DNA from: an uncultured delta proteobacterium
Lineage (GTDB): Bacteria; Desulfobacterota; Binatia; Binatales; Binataceae
Assembly (NCBI GenBank): GCA_963765675.1
Contig: CAVXXK010000006.1
Span: 384,001-448,000, forward strand
DNA: 64,000 nucleotides
Direction of reading: 5' to 3'
A program made the translations under genes and the position numbers. This document shows positions 1 through 13,489 of the stretch, piece after piece (position 1 is the stretch's first letter; the number at the start of each line of letters is the position of its first letter). A model generated the notes under the pieces. The model saw only the letters and a program-made list of their open reading frames with translations, did no database searches and was not told the DNA's origin.

Positions 1-636
1 GACCTCATTCGCGCCGCGCGGCGCAACGGAGCGCGGGTGACGTGCGAGGTGACTCCACATCATTTCGGGCTCGACGAACGAGCGGTCCTGCGCTGGGGTC
101 CCAACGCGAAAATGAATCCGCCCCTGCGTTCACCTGACGATGTCGCCTCGATTCACGAAGCGATCGCCGACGGCACGATCGACATGATCGCGAGCGATCA
201 CGCGCCGCACGACCCCGGCTCGAAGCATCTGGATCGCGTGGCGGCATACTTCGATCCCGCACGCGAGGCGGACGTGCTCGCGCCCGCGGTGGCGAAAGAG
301 TTCTCTGCCGCCGCCAACGGCATTGTCGGGCTGGAGACCTCGCTTGGTCTCGCGCTGGAATTGGTGCATCGATCATTGATTAGCGCCGCGCGATTGGTTG
401 AGATGATGAGCCTGAATCCCGCGGCGCTTTTGCGTATGGATGCGGGAAATCTCGCACCGGGAGGACCGGCGGATATTACGGTGATTGATCCGAACCTCGA
501 ATGGACCGTCGAGCCGGCGCATTTTTTGTCGAAGAGCCGCAACACTCCGTTCGCCGGCAGACGACTGCGAGGCAGGGCGCGATTGACGATCGTCGCGGGC
601 GAAATCGTCTTCGATGCGCGCAAGGTGGAGCGATGA
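1..636 (+). CDS. pyrC: Dihydroorotase, C-terminal part (5' end outside window)
   Basis: [29 protein letters not shown] and SKSRNTPF motifs; stop overlaps carA start (ATGA). Confidence 0.93.
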   Translation, partial: DLIRAARRNGARVTCEVTPHHFGLDERAVLRWGPNAKMNPPLRSPDDVASIHEAIADGTIDMIASDHAPHDPGSKHLDRVAAYFDPAREADVLAPAVAKEFSAAANGIVGLETSLGLALELVHRSLISAARLVEMMSLNPAALLRMDAGNLAPGGPADITVIDPNLEWTVEPAHFLSKSRNTPFAGRRLRGRARLTIVAGEIVFDARKVER

Positions 637-1831
637 GTACGCCGCAGCGGCCCGCGATCCTGGCACTCGCCGACGGACGGATCTTTCGCGGACGCGCATT
701 CGGCGCTATCGGCGAACGAACCGGTGAGGTCGTATTCAACACCGCGATGACCGGGTATCAGGAAGTGCTGACCGACCCCTCGTACAAGGGGCAGCTCGTC
801 TGCATGACCTATCCGGAGATCGGAAACGTCGGAATCAATCGCGAAGACGCCGAGTCGCGGCGGATTTACGTCGAGGGCTTTATCGTCCGCGAGTATTGGG
901 ACCGCCCGTCAAACTGGCGCGCGGAAATGCCACTCGGTAAATATCTGGAAGAAGCTCGAGTTCCCGGAATTGAAGGAATCGACACGCGCGCGCTGGTCCG
1001 CCATATCCGCGAGCACGGCGCGCAGGAAGCGGTCCTTTCGAGCGTCGATCTCGACGCCGCTTCGCTGGTCAGAAAAGCAAAGGCTTCTCCGGGCCTGGTC
1101 GGGCGCGACCTGGTGAAAGAAGTCACCTGCGCCGAGGCCTACGATTGGGAAACCGGCGCGTGGCGTCTCGACGGTGGCTACCGGCCCGCGACGCGCGAGG
1201 AATTGCGCGATGCGCCGCTGGTCATCGCGCTGGATTACGGAATCAAGCTCAATATCCTGCGCCAGCTCGTCGCGACAGGTTTTCGCGTGCGCGTGATGCC
1301 GGCGCGGTCGAGCGCCGAGGAAATTCTGGCTGCGAATCCCGACGGCATTTTTCTTTCCAACGGACCCGCTGATCCGGCGGCCCTCCCGTACGCTCACAAA
1401 GCGGTCGCGGGAGTTCTGGGCAAGCGCCCGGTATTCGGCATTTGCCTGGGGCATCAGATAATCGGGCTGGCGCTCGGGGGAAAACGTACAAGCTCGACTT
1501 CGGGCATCATGGCGCGAATCATCCGGTGATGGATCTGCGCACGCGCAAGGTCGAGATCACTTCGCAGAATCACGGCTTCGCGGTTGATTCCGATTCGGTC
1601 GCCGGACGTGCCGAGCTGTCGCATCTGAATCTCAATGATCGCACGGTCGAAGGATTGCGGGGGGAGGGCTCTCCATTTTTCTCGGTGCAGTATCATCCCG
1701 AGGCGTCACCGGGTCCGCACGATTCGAGCTACCTGTTCAAACGCTTCAAGCGGATGGTCGAGCTGTATCCAAAACATGGCGCGGAAACGCTCGACCGCGT
1801 CGCCGCCGAAGAAGCTGCCGCCGCGAAATGA
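633..1831 (+). CDS. carA: Carbamoyl-phosphate synthase small subunit (one frameshift at ~1476-1484)
   Basis: [19 protein letters not shown] and FGICLGHQ in one frame; [18 protein letters not shown] and [14 protein letters not shown] in the -1 frame after the GGGGGAAAA run. Confidence 0.95.
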
Positions 1832-1881
1832 CAACCGCAATTGCATCAACCGTACAGAAATGATCGACCGGATAATTTGAC

Positions 1882-5088
<3,207 letters not shown>

Positions 5089-5117
5089 GATGCCGCGCAC
5101 GAGGGCTCTGGAAGCCG

Positions 5118-7264
5118 ATGCGCGCAATCATCGCAGATAGCACCAAGCGGGCAAACGCGTCCCGTCCAGCGCTGTCGCCCGATACGCCGGTCGCCGATCT
5201 GCAGGGCGTTGGTCCCAAGCGCGCCGCTGCGATGGCCGAGCGCGGAATCTTGACGCTGCGCGATCTGGTTTTTCACTTGCCCTCGCGCTACCAGGATTGG
5301 CGCGGCCTGACGAAGCTCGCGGCGCTCGCTCCCGGCGCGACTGTGACCGTCGCCGGCGAGCTCGGCAAAGTTTCAGAACGGCCGATGCGCGGGTCGCGAT
5401 GGCGCCGGCTCGCGACCGGTCTACTTACTGAGCAAGGCGGCGCACGCGTTCGCTTGGTGTGGTTCAATCTACCCGCGTACATGCGCGGACGGATGCCGTC
5501 GAATGAGCGCGTGCTCGCGCACGGCCGCGTGAGCGCGAACGCCGACGGCGGACTCGACATCGTTCAGCCCGAGCTTCATCTGCTGTCGTCAGGCGAGCCG
5601 CCTCCTGTGCGTCCGGCCTACCGATTGCCCGCGTCGATCGGCCAGCGGCTGTTCGCGTCGCTGGTCGAAAAGGCGCTGGCCGGTATCGGTGAGCAAATCC
5701 GCGGCGCGCTGCCGGACGAGTTGCGTGGCGATCTCTCGATGTTCGAGGCGCTCCGCTACCTGCACCAGCCTCCCGTCGACGCGGATTGCGCATTACTTGA
5801 GCGCGGCGAATCGCCGGGGCATCTGGCGCTCGCATTCGACGAGCTATTCGCCTTCGAGCTGGCTCTGTGTCTGGAGCGCGAGCGTGCCGCCGTGCGGTCG
5901 GGTATCGCGCTGTCCGGCGATGGACGCGTGACGGCGCGATGGCTTGGCGAGTTGCCGTTCGCGCTGACCGGCGCGCAGTCGCGTGCGCTCGAGGAGATCG
6001 CCGGAGACCTCGAATGTCCTGGCGCAGATGAACCGGATGCTCCTGGGTGACGTCGGCAGCGGCAAGACAATCGTCGCGTTCTGGGCGGCGCTGCGCGCGG
6101 TCGAGTGCGGCTATCAGGCCGCGATCATGGCGCCGACCGAGCTCCTGGCGGAGCAGCATCACGCGAGCTTCCAGAGCCTCTGTGGCAGACTCGGAATCGC
6201 GGCAGGGCTGTTGACCGCGAAAGTCACCGGCGCGGCGCGCGCCTCTACGCTTCGGACCCTCGCGTCGGGTGCGATGCCGATCGTGTTCGGCACCCACGCG
6301 ATTATCCAGGAGCGCGTGAAGATTCGCCGGCTCGGCCTCGGCGTGATCGACGAGCAGCATCGCTTCGGCGTGTTCGATCGTGCGCGGCTGAAAGCGCTCG
6401 GCGCGGAGGCTAATCTCCTGATGATGACGGCGACGCCGATACCGCGCAGCCTCGCGCTCTCGCTGTTCGCGAACCTCGAGGTCTCATTTCTCGACGAATT
6501 ACCGCCGGGGCGCACACCGATTACTACGGAGATTTTCTCCGAAGCCGATCTCGAAAAGCTTGATTCGATCGTTCGCGATGAGCTGCGCGCCGGTAACCGC
6601 GCCTACTACGTGCTGCCCCGGATCGAGAGTGCCGAAGACGCCGACGATGACGAGGTTCGTTCGGTCACCGCAATGGCCGAGCGGCTGAAGCGCGGCGCGC
6701 TCGGAGATTACAAAATCGCGATTCTGCACGGGCGAATGCGCGACGAGCGACAAAGAAGCGGCGATGCGCGATTTTCGCGACGGCGCGATCCAGGTGCTGG
6801 TCTCGACCACCGTGGTCGAAGTCGGAATCGATGTGCCGGAGGCTTCGGTGATCGTGATCGTTGCCGCCGAACGCTACGGCCTTGCGCAGTTGCATCAGCT
6901 CCGTGGCAGGGTAGGGCGCGGACGCGCGGCCTCGCGATGCTTCCTGGTCGCCTCGCGCGAGGCCGACGAAACCGCGCTCGAGCGCCTGGGCGTGATGATT
7001 GTCTGCGCCAGCGGCGCCGAAGTTGCCCGCGAGGATTTGCGCATTCGCGGCCCCGGCGATTTGCTCGGTGCGCGCCAGACCGGCGCGTTGCCGCTCAAGT
7101 TCATCCACCTGGTGCGCGATCCGCTCACGATCGAAAAGGCCCGTGCGATGGCCGAGGACTGGCTTGGCCGCGACCCCGGTCTGCGGACGCCGGCCTCGCA
7201 AGGCGCGCGCCGCGCGATCCGCCAGATGCTGGCGCATGGGTTCAGCCTCGGCGATGTAGGCTAG
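5118..7264 (+). CDS. recG: ATP-dependent DNA helicase RecG (two frameshifts, ~6021 and ~6745)
   Basis: GVGPKRA N-terminus, LLGDVGSGKT, IDEQHRFG, MTATPIPRSL, TTVVEVGIDVP, QLHQLRGRVGRG and DLRIRGPGD spread over three consecutive frames. Confidence 0.93.
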
Positions 7265-7265
7265 A

Positions 7266-7778
7266 ATGGAAGGCAGGGTAGAACGGGTGCCTCGCAAAAT
7301 AAAATCCAAACCTGGCCAGCCAGCCGCTGCGCGCCGCAGGATTCCGCTCCGCCGCGAGGTTTCGGCTGGCGGAATCGTCTGGCGTCCCGGCGAGCGGGGA
7401 ATCGAGATCGCGATGATCCGGCCGCACGGCTCGGATGCCTGGGCTCTTCCCAAGGGCCACATCGAAAAAGATGAGAGCATCGAGAGTGCGGCGATTCGCG
7501 AGGTTCGCGAGGAAACCGGCCTCGACGTCGCCGAGGTCCGCGCGCTGGGCGACGTTGCTTACATCTTTTCCTGGCGCGACAAGCGGCGCGGCACGATCAC
7601 TCGGGTCAGCAAGCGGGTGCATTTTTTTCTGATGGAGTTCGCGGGCGGCAATACCGCCGATCACGACGGCGAGATCGACGAAGTCGCATGGGTGCCGATA
7701 GACGCCGCGCTGAGCCGTGCCAGCTACGCGAACGAACGAGTGCTGATCGAGAAGGCGCGCGCGCAGCTTCAGGTTTGA
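7266..7778 (+). CDS. NUDIX hydrolase (Ap4A hydrolase/MutT-like)
   Basis: Nudix box LPKGHIEKDESIESAAIREVREETGL. Confidence 0.9.
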   Translation: MEGRVERVPRKIKSKPGQPAAARRRIPLRREVSAGGIVWRPGERGIEIAMIRPHGSDAWALPKGHIEKDESIESAAIREVREETGLDVAEVRALGDVAYIFSWRDKRRGTITRVSKRVHFFLMEFAGGNTADHDGEIDEVAWVPIDAALSRASYANERVLIEKARAQLQV

Positions 7779-7788
7779 TTCCGGTCGG

Positions 7789-9069
7789 CTAGGGCGAGAT
7801 CGGATGGCCGGCGATCGCGCTCGATTTCCAAATCGCGGGTGCGAGCTCGTGGAAGCGAATCGCGCCGTCGCCGATCAGGACCAGCACCGCGTTCCCGTTC
7901 TGCTCGACATGGCGCGCGGTCAGACCCGGTAGTGACTTCGCGAGAATCTGCGGATAGAGCGCCGCGAAATTCTCGGCCTGTCCGCGATTGTGGAACGCGA
8001 CAATCCAGACCAAAGTCACGTCGGTTGATTTCTGCAGTGCGACGAAGTGATCGCCCGCCCATCCGTCCGCCGCCGCGACGTAGGGAGTTCCCTCGCCGAT
8101 CCAGTGCTCGATCACCATTCTCAGGACCAGCTCGCCAAAGGTATCCTCGTCGGCTTTTTTCCAGGCGGCGAGTACCTTTTCGTAGCCCGCGACGTGCACC
8201 TGAAGCGGCGCGTCTGGATGATCGAAATAGAGCTCAGGATGAATGATCTGCCGTGTGGACTGCGGCGGATTGCGATAAATCGCGTCGACTGCCGCCCACC
8301 CGCCGCGATGGTATCCCGCCGCGACAAAGCGCGCGCCGTCGAGGTATGGAAAGATCAGCAGCTTGCGCATCTGCACGCCCAGACCCTTGGCGCTGCCGAG
8401 GAAAATCACGCTCGCGTCCTCGCTGTTGTCGAGGAAGTAGTCAATCGTCGGATCGTCGGCTCGGCCCACGACCGAGCAGAAACCAGAAAGGGTCGCGTCG
8501 CCTTCGAGCAGCGCACGCAATGCGAATTCGCGGTCGGTGTTGCCGTGGGTTGCTTTCTGTTCGGCCGTGATGTCGAAGTGCTGATCCTGCAAAGCGTGGG
8601 TCAGCTCGTGCGCCAGGACGCCCGCCGTGCTCAGCTTGAGCGCAAACTCGAGCAGGCGCGGATTCACCATCGGATTGGCGGGTATCGGCCGCTCGATAAT
8701 CACCATGTCCTTCTGCCGCGAATCGTAGAAGCCAGCGAGCTGCGACTTGAGCATCGTCAGGTTCTCTTTGGCGAGATCGACCTTCGGCGGATAAAGGCCG
8801 ATCAGCTCGCCCTCGCGTGCGTCGAGTTCGAGTTCCGCCGGCGTCGTATCGCGCTCGAGATCGGCCCGCAGCCGCGTTTGCGATTGATCGACCGTGAGAT
8901 ACGAAAACGGAACCGGATGCAGAAACTTGAGCGCGCGAATCTTCTGTACGCGGTCGGTTACAGTCCGCGTCTCTTCCGGATTGAGGATGCCCTGGACGGT
9001 TTCCGCCGAGACGCCCGCGACGATCGCGAGTGTCGCAGCAATCGCCGCCAAAAAAATCAACCGCCTCAT
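7789..9069 (-). CDS. Secreted putative zinc metallopeptidase-like protein (paralogue 1)
   Basis: Signal peptide MRRLIFLAAIAATLAIVAGVSA; AGFYD, HELTHALQDQ and LEGDAT motifs. Confidence 0.7.
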   Translation of the reverse strand: MRRLIFLAAIAATLAIVAGVSAETVQGILNPEETRTVTDRVQKIRALKFLHPVPFSYLTVDQSQTRLRADLERDTTPAELELDAREGELIGLYPPKVDLAKENLTMLKSQLAGFYDSRQKDMVIIERPIPANPMVNPRLLEFALKLSTAGVLAHELTHALQDQHFDITAEQKATHGNTDREFALRALLEGDATLSGFCSVVGRADDPTIDYFLDNSEDASVIFLGSAKGLGVQMRKLLIFPYLDGARFVAAGYHRGGWAAVDAIYRNPPQSTRQIIHPELYFDHPDAPLQVHVAGYEKVLAAWKKADEDTFGELVLRMVIEHWIGEGTPYVAAADGWAGDHFVALQKSTDVTLVWIVAFHNRGQAENFAALYPQILAKSLPGLTARHVEQNGNAVLVLIGDGAIRFHELAPAIWKSSAIAGHPISP

Positions 9070-9115
9070 GCCCAGTCCCCCCTTTTCGACCTTGCGCGCG
9101 CGGGTCACACAATAG

Positions 9116-10477
9116 CTACGGACGATTCGGCGACGTATCGCCCGGCATCCCCGCCATCGCGGCGTTCGCGATCGGATGCCCCCCGATCGTGCTCGCGCGC
9201 CAGAGGGCCGGCCCTAGCACACCCATGTAATGGGCGGCTTCGCCGATCACTATCAGCACCGCGTTTTCGCGATAATCGATCTCGTGCGCCGTCGAGCCGA
9301 GCAACCGATCGAGCAGGCTCGAATAGGCGACCGCGAATTTACCGGCGGCGCCGTCGTCTGTAAACGCGATAATGCCAATCACGGAAATCGCATCCTCGTC
9401 TTGCAGGACGACGAAACGGTCGCCGGTCCATCGCGCGGCCAGCGCGGCTTGCCCGGCGTCTTCAGTGGGATTTTTTTTGAGATCGCGCTCGAGGATTACG
9501 CGAACCAGAAGTTCGCCCAAGGTGAAACCGTCCACCTGTTTCCACGCCGGCATCGTCGGCTGATAGCCGCTGATCGACACCGTGAGCGGCGGGACAGGAT
9601 CATCAAAATACGCCTCGGGATGAATTATCTGATGCGAAGACTCCGGCGGCTTGGCGTACAGCGCGTCAACCGCCTTCCACCCTCCGCGCCGGTAGGCTTC
9701 GGCCACGAACTTCACGCCCGCGGAGTATTGAAACAAAAGCGGCGCGCTCAGACCCACCGGAGTGCCCGGAGTCTCCTCCGCGAAGAGCTTCGGAAGCTGT
9801 CCGAGCTGGCTCTCGATTGTGTCCAGGGTCGCGTCGTCCATCGTTTCCGTAACATACGCCATCCCCGCGATAGTCGCGTCGCCCTCGGCCACCGATTTGA
9901 GCGCGAGTGCGCGATCGTCATCGTCCTTCAGCGCTTCGAGCCTGTCGCCCAGATTAAAATTCTGATCCTGCAGCGCGTGGGTCAGCTCATGTGCGAGCAG
10001 CATCTCGCCGACCAGATCGCGCTGTACGACGAACTCGGCCGCGTTGTTCAGAAACCCGATATCGTCAGAGCCCTCGACCAGCACCATCTCGTGCGCATGA
10101 GGATCGTAGAATCCCGCCACCTGGCTGCGCAGCAGCTTCAGCTCCTCGGCCTTAAGATCGATCCCGGCGGGAAAAAGTCCGAGCAGGGCGCCGGCCGCGC
10201 CCTCAGCCGCCATCTCGGCGTCGGTATTGTCGCGTTCGAGCTCGCGCTCCATCTGGGTTTCGGCTTCGTCCTTGGTTTCGACGACCAGCGGCACCGGAGC
10301 TTTGAATTTCAACTGCCGGAGCACCTGAATGCCCTGCTCGATCTGGTCCGCCTTGGCGTCGTTGATTTTGCCGCGATTCACCAGCGCGTAGGCGCATCCT
10401 GCCGCGGCGATCGCGAATCCGAACAGAACCAGAGCGCGGTACGCGGCTCTCTGTGGGCGGATTTCGCGCTCGATCAT
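9116..10477 (-). CDS. Putative lipoprotein, zinc metallopeptidase-like (paralogue 2)
   Basis: Lipobox-like AAAGC; AGFYD, HELTHALQDQ, AEGDAT and GGWKAVDALY motifs shared with the neighbouring gene. Confidence 0.7.
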   Translation of the reverse strand: MIEREIRPQRAAYRALVLFGFAIAAAGCAYALVNRGKINDAKADQIEQGIQVLRQLKFKAPVPLVVETKDEAETQMERELERDNTDAEMAAEGAAGALLGLFPAGIDLKAEELKLLRSQVAGFYDPHAHEMVLVEGSDDIGFLNNAAEFVVQRDLVGEMLLAHELTHALQDQNFNLGDRLEALKDDDDRALALKSVAEGDATIAGMAYVTETMDDATLDTIESQLGQLPKLFAEETPGTPVGLSAPLLFQYSAGVKFVAEAYRRGGWKAVDALYAKPPESSHQIIHPEAYFDDPVPPLTVSISGYQPTMPAWKQVDGFTLGELLVRVILERDLKKNPTEDAGQAALAARWTGDRFVVLQDEDAISVIGIIAFTDDGAAGKFAVAYSSLLDRLLGSTAHEIDYRENAVLIVIGEAAHYMGVLGPALWRASTIGGHPIANAAMAGMPGDTSPNRP

Positions 10478-10493
10478 TCGCGGCTGTCCGGCC

Positions 10494-11195
10494 TCAATCG
10501 CTGACTATGAGAGGATAGCCGATTTTCGCGGCCTGGCTGGCGCGCCCTTGTGCCGCCTCGCGGGTCTCGAACGGACCCATCCGAACCCGGTAGTAATGAT
10601 TAGTTCCTGCGCCGATTTCCTCGATGTGAACGTCGTCATAGTACTGCTTCAACTGATCGCGCAGCTCGTGCGCATGCTCTGAGCTGTTGAACGAGCCGAC
10701 CTGCACGTAGAATCGCGGCTGGGTTCCGACCGCGCGCGAACCCGGCGGCGCCGACAGCAGATCGATCTTCACGTGCGCCGTACCCTTGTCGAGCATCCCG
10801 ATCATCGTCGCCGCTTTGTGCGACAGGTCAATCTTGCGGCCTTTTTTTAGCGGGCCATGATCGTTGATCAGCACCTCGACCGAACGTCCCGTGTCCAGAT
10901 TGGTCACGATCACGCGGCTGCCGAGCGGATAGATCATCGACGCAGCGGTCAGATCGTTCTGATCGTAGATGTCACCGGTCGAGGTCTGGTGGCCGCTGAA
11001 TCCCGGTCCATACCACGACGCGACGCCATACTGCGGTGCAGGATGCGCTCGGCCCGGAACCTCAACCACGGGCGCGGGGACAGGCGGAGGTGGCGGGGGC
11101 GGTTGATAGGTTGTCGCGCACGCGGTCAGCGCGATACTCATCGCGAGAGCAGCGCCGCATCGAAAGATCCAATGGTGGACCCTGTTTCCGCTCAC
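10494..11195 (-). CDS. rlpA: Septal ring lytic transglycosylase RlpA with SPOR domain
   Basis: Lipobox LTAC, GVASWYG, INDHGP...IDLS double-psi barrel, C-terminal SPOR motifs YVQVGSF...YRVRMGPF. Confidence 0.9.
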   Translation of the reverse strand: MSGNRVHHWIFRCGAALAMSIALTACATTYQPPPPPPPVPAPVVEVPGRAHPAPQYGVASWYGPGFSGHQTSTGDIYDQNDLTAASMIYPLGSRVIVTNLDTGRSVEVLINDHGPLKKGRKIDLSHKAATMIGMLDKGTAHVKIDLLSAPPGSRAVGTQPRFYVQVGSFNSSEHAHELRDQLKQYYDDVHIEEIGAGTNHYYRVRMGPFETREAAQGRASQAAKIGYPLIVSD

Positions 11196-11334
11196 GTTGA
11201 TTACCTCGCTTCCCGCGGTTGATTATAGATTTTCACCGGAACACGTATAAGCGTCTTGTTGATGAATCAATTTCCGGGCCTTAGAAGCGGCGACTGCTCA
11301 TGGTAGCATCCGGAGCGTTACTCAAAGAGCGAAT

Positions 11335-12507
11335 ATGTCCCCGAATTTGTTGCGAACCAGGCTGGACCTCGAGGAAATCGAAGCGCGCACGCTTGCGCCT
11401 TTTGCGATGCTTTCCCGAAACAGCCGCGGGCGCCGCGTCGCCGAGCCCGAGCATCCGATGCGCACCGTCTTCCAGCGCGACCGCGACCGCGTTATCCATT
11501 CGGCCGCCTTTCGTCGTCTCGAGTACAAGACCCAGGTGTTTGTTAATCACGAGGGCGATTACTACCGCACCCGCCTGACTCATACGCTCGAAGCCGCGCA
11601 GGTCACCCGTACGATCGCCAAGGCGCTCGGACTCAACGGCGAGCTGGCGGAGGCCGTCGCGCTCGCGCACGACCTTGGCCATACGCCCTTCGGCCATGCC
11701 GGCGAACGATGGTTAAACGAACTGATGGAACCGTATGGCGGCTTCGATCACAACGCGCAGAGCCTTCGCACCGTCGATTGGATCGAGGTGCGCTATCCGA
11801 CCTTTCGCGGACTGAACCTCAGCTTCGAGGTGCGCGAGGGCATTATCAAGCATTCTCATTTTCAGGACCGTCCCTCGGCGCAGGAGTTCGATCCTTCGAC
11901 CTATCCGTGCCTCGAAGCGCAGATCGTCGATCTAGCCGACGAGATTGCGTATCTCGCGCATGACGTGGACGACGGGCTCAAGTCCGGGATGCTCACGGTC
12001 GAGAATCTGAACGAATCCGCCCTTTATGCCGATGCTGCCGCCGACGCTCGCGCCGCGAATCCGCAAGCCGACGCACGCGTCACGCGTTACCAGACCGTGA
12101 TCAGAATGATCGACGCGATGTCCACCGATCTGATGACGAATCTTGGCGCCGAGCTCGAACGGGCGCGGATCGAAAACGTCAACGATGTCCGGCGGGCGGG
12201 CAGGGCGCTCGCCACGTTCTCGCCCGCGATGGGGGCGCGCGTCGATGAGATGAAGCTGATCATGCGCGAGCGGCTTTATCATCACTATCGAGTCAGCCGG
12301 ATGACGCAAAAGGCGGGCAGGGTGCTCGCGCGCCTGTTCGAAACATACATGGCCGAGCCGCGCCAGATGCCGGCGCACGTGCTGGCGAGGGCCGAGCGCG
12401 ACGGCGAACCGATTCCGCGTGTGGTCGCGGACTATATCGCCGGGATGACCGACCGATTCGCGCTCGACGAATACCGCAAGCTGTTCGATCCCGATGAGCG
12501 CGTCTGA
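11335..12507 (+). CDS. dgt: Deoxyguanosinetriphosphate triphosphohydrolase (HD family)
   Basis: FQRDRDRVIHSAAFRRLEYKTQVF, RTRLTHTLE, AHDLGHTPFGHAGE, DYIAGMTDRFA. Confidence 0.95.
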   Translation: MSPNLLRTRLDLEEIEARTLAPFAMLSRNSRGRRVAEPEHPMRTVFQRDRDRVIHSAAFRRLEYKTQVFVNHEGDYYRTRLTHTLEAAQVTRTIAKALGLNGELAEAVALAHDLGHTPFGHAGERWLNELMEPYGGFDHNAQSLRTVDWIEVRYPTFRGLNLSFEVREGIIKHSHFQDRPSAQEFDPSTYPCLEAQIVDLADEIAYLAHDVDDGLKSGMLTVENLNESALYADAAADARAANPQADARVTRYQTVIRMIDAMSTDLMTNLGAELERARIENVNDVRRAGRALATFSPAMGARVDEMKLIMRERLYHHYRVSRMTQKAGRVLARLFETYMAEPRQMPAHVLARAERDGEPIPRVVADYIAGMTDRFALDEYRKLFDPDERV

Positions 12508-13138
12508 CGGCACGACTGTGCACAGCGCGAACCGGCGCGTGCGGACCCTCGTGCTGCGGCGCGAGGACCATATCGGCGACACGCTGGGCCTCGCGTTCCT
12601 CGAAGCGCCGGAAAGCGCCGGCGAGGCGATCCTCGCACGCGTGCGCGCCTACCTGGGCGCAAAGGTAAAAATCCTGAAGGCGGAAATCTCGCGCGACAGG
12701 ATCGAAGTCGAAGTGGAGTCGCGCGGATGGCCCGACGAAGCGGCGCGTCTGGCCGCCGCCGCAACCGATCTCAGTGCGAAGGGCGCACGCCGCAACGCCG
12801 AATCGATGTTCCGCGAAGCAATCAAGATGGACGCGCTCAACCCGTCCGCGATGGCCGGCCTGGGCCTCGCGATGGCGGCGCAGGAGCGCGACCTCGAAGC
12901 GCTGGAAGCTCTAAGACGCGCCCGCGAGTTCGGCGCCGGCGGCACCGACGTTCTGATCGCGATGGCGCAGTGCGCTGCGCGCCTTGACCGGCGAACAGCG
13001 GCGCTGGGTTACCTCGAGCAGGCGCTCGCGCTCGATCCAAAAAACTTCACCGCCCGCCGCGCGATGAAAGCCTTGGGCCGCGCCCCGAAATACACCGCCG
13101 CGCCGGACGTAAGCATCCAGCGCAACAAGCGCAAATGA
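12494..13138 (+). CDS. Tetratricopeptide repeat protein
   Basis: Ala/Leu-rich helical repeats ending in ALALDPKN; overlaps the dgt stop. Confidence 0.7.
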   Translation: MSASDGTTVHSANRRVRTLVLRREDHIGDTLGLAFLEAPESAGEAILARVRAYLGAKVKILKAEISRDRIEVEVESRGWPDEAARLAAAATDLSAKGARRNAESMFREAIKMDALNPSAMAGLGLAMAAQERDLEALEALRRAREFGAGGTDVLIAMAQCAARLDRRTAALGYLEQALALDPKNFTARRAMKALGRAPKYTAAPDVSIQRNKRK

Positions 13139-13489
13139 AATTGACCCGGGAGCCGGAGAGGCGACAAATGAGTCAAAGGATGTAGCAGCTCGAATCCAAG
13201 CGCGCTAAATTCGGTTCAATGAAACTCCGGAAGAAGCCTAGACATTGACGACACCCGCGAGCGCGCGTGCCAAAGAAATCAAAGAAGTCCTGCAGGACGC
13301 AGATCTAAAAAAATTCGACCCCGAACTATTGGACGTGGCCCTCCAAACCCCGAAGAAGAAACCTCGTCCAACACGCGGATGACGCGGCCGTTCGTTTGAC
13401 GGTGAGCTAGCTTGCCTGTCTGGATCGCAGGAGGAGTCGCTCACGCCGCTCCGCCCGCTCAGACCCGCAGCCTTTTTGCCCTGGACAAC

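Noticed and set aside
1476-1485. G_GGA_AAA slippery-like heptamer at the carA frame break (programmed -1 frameshift?)
   Set aside because: The upstream product would lack the catalytic His, recoding is not known for carA, and many similar indels occur across the window; a homopolymer error is simpler.
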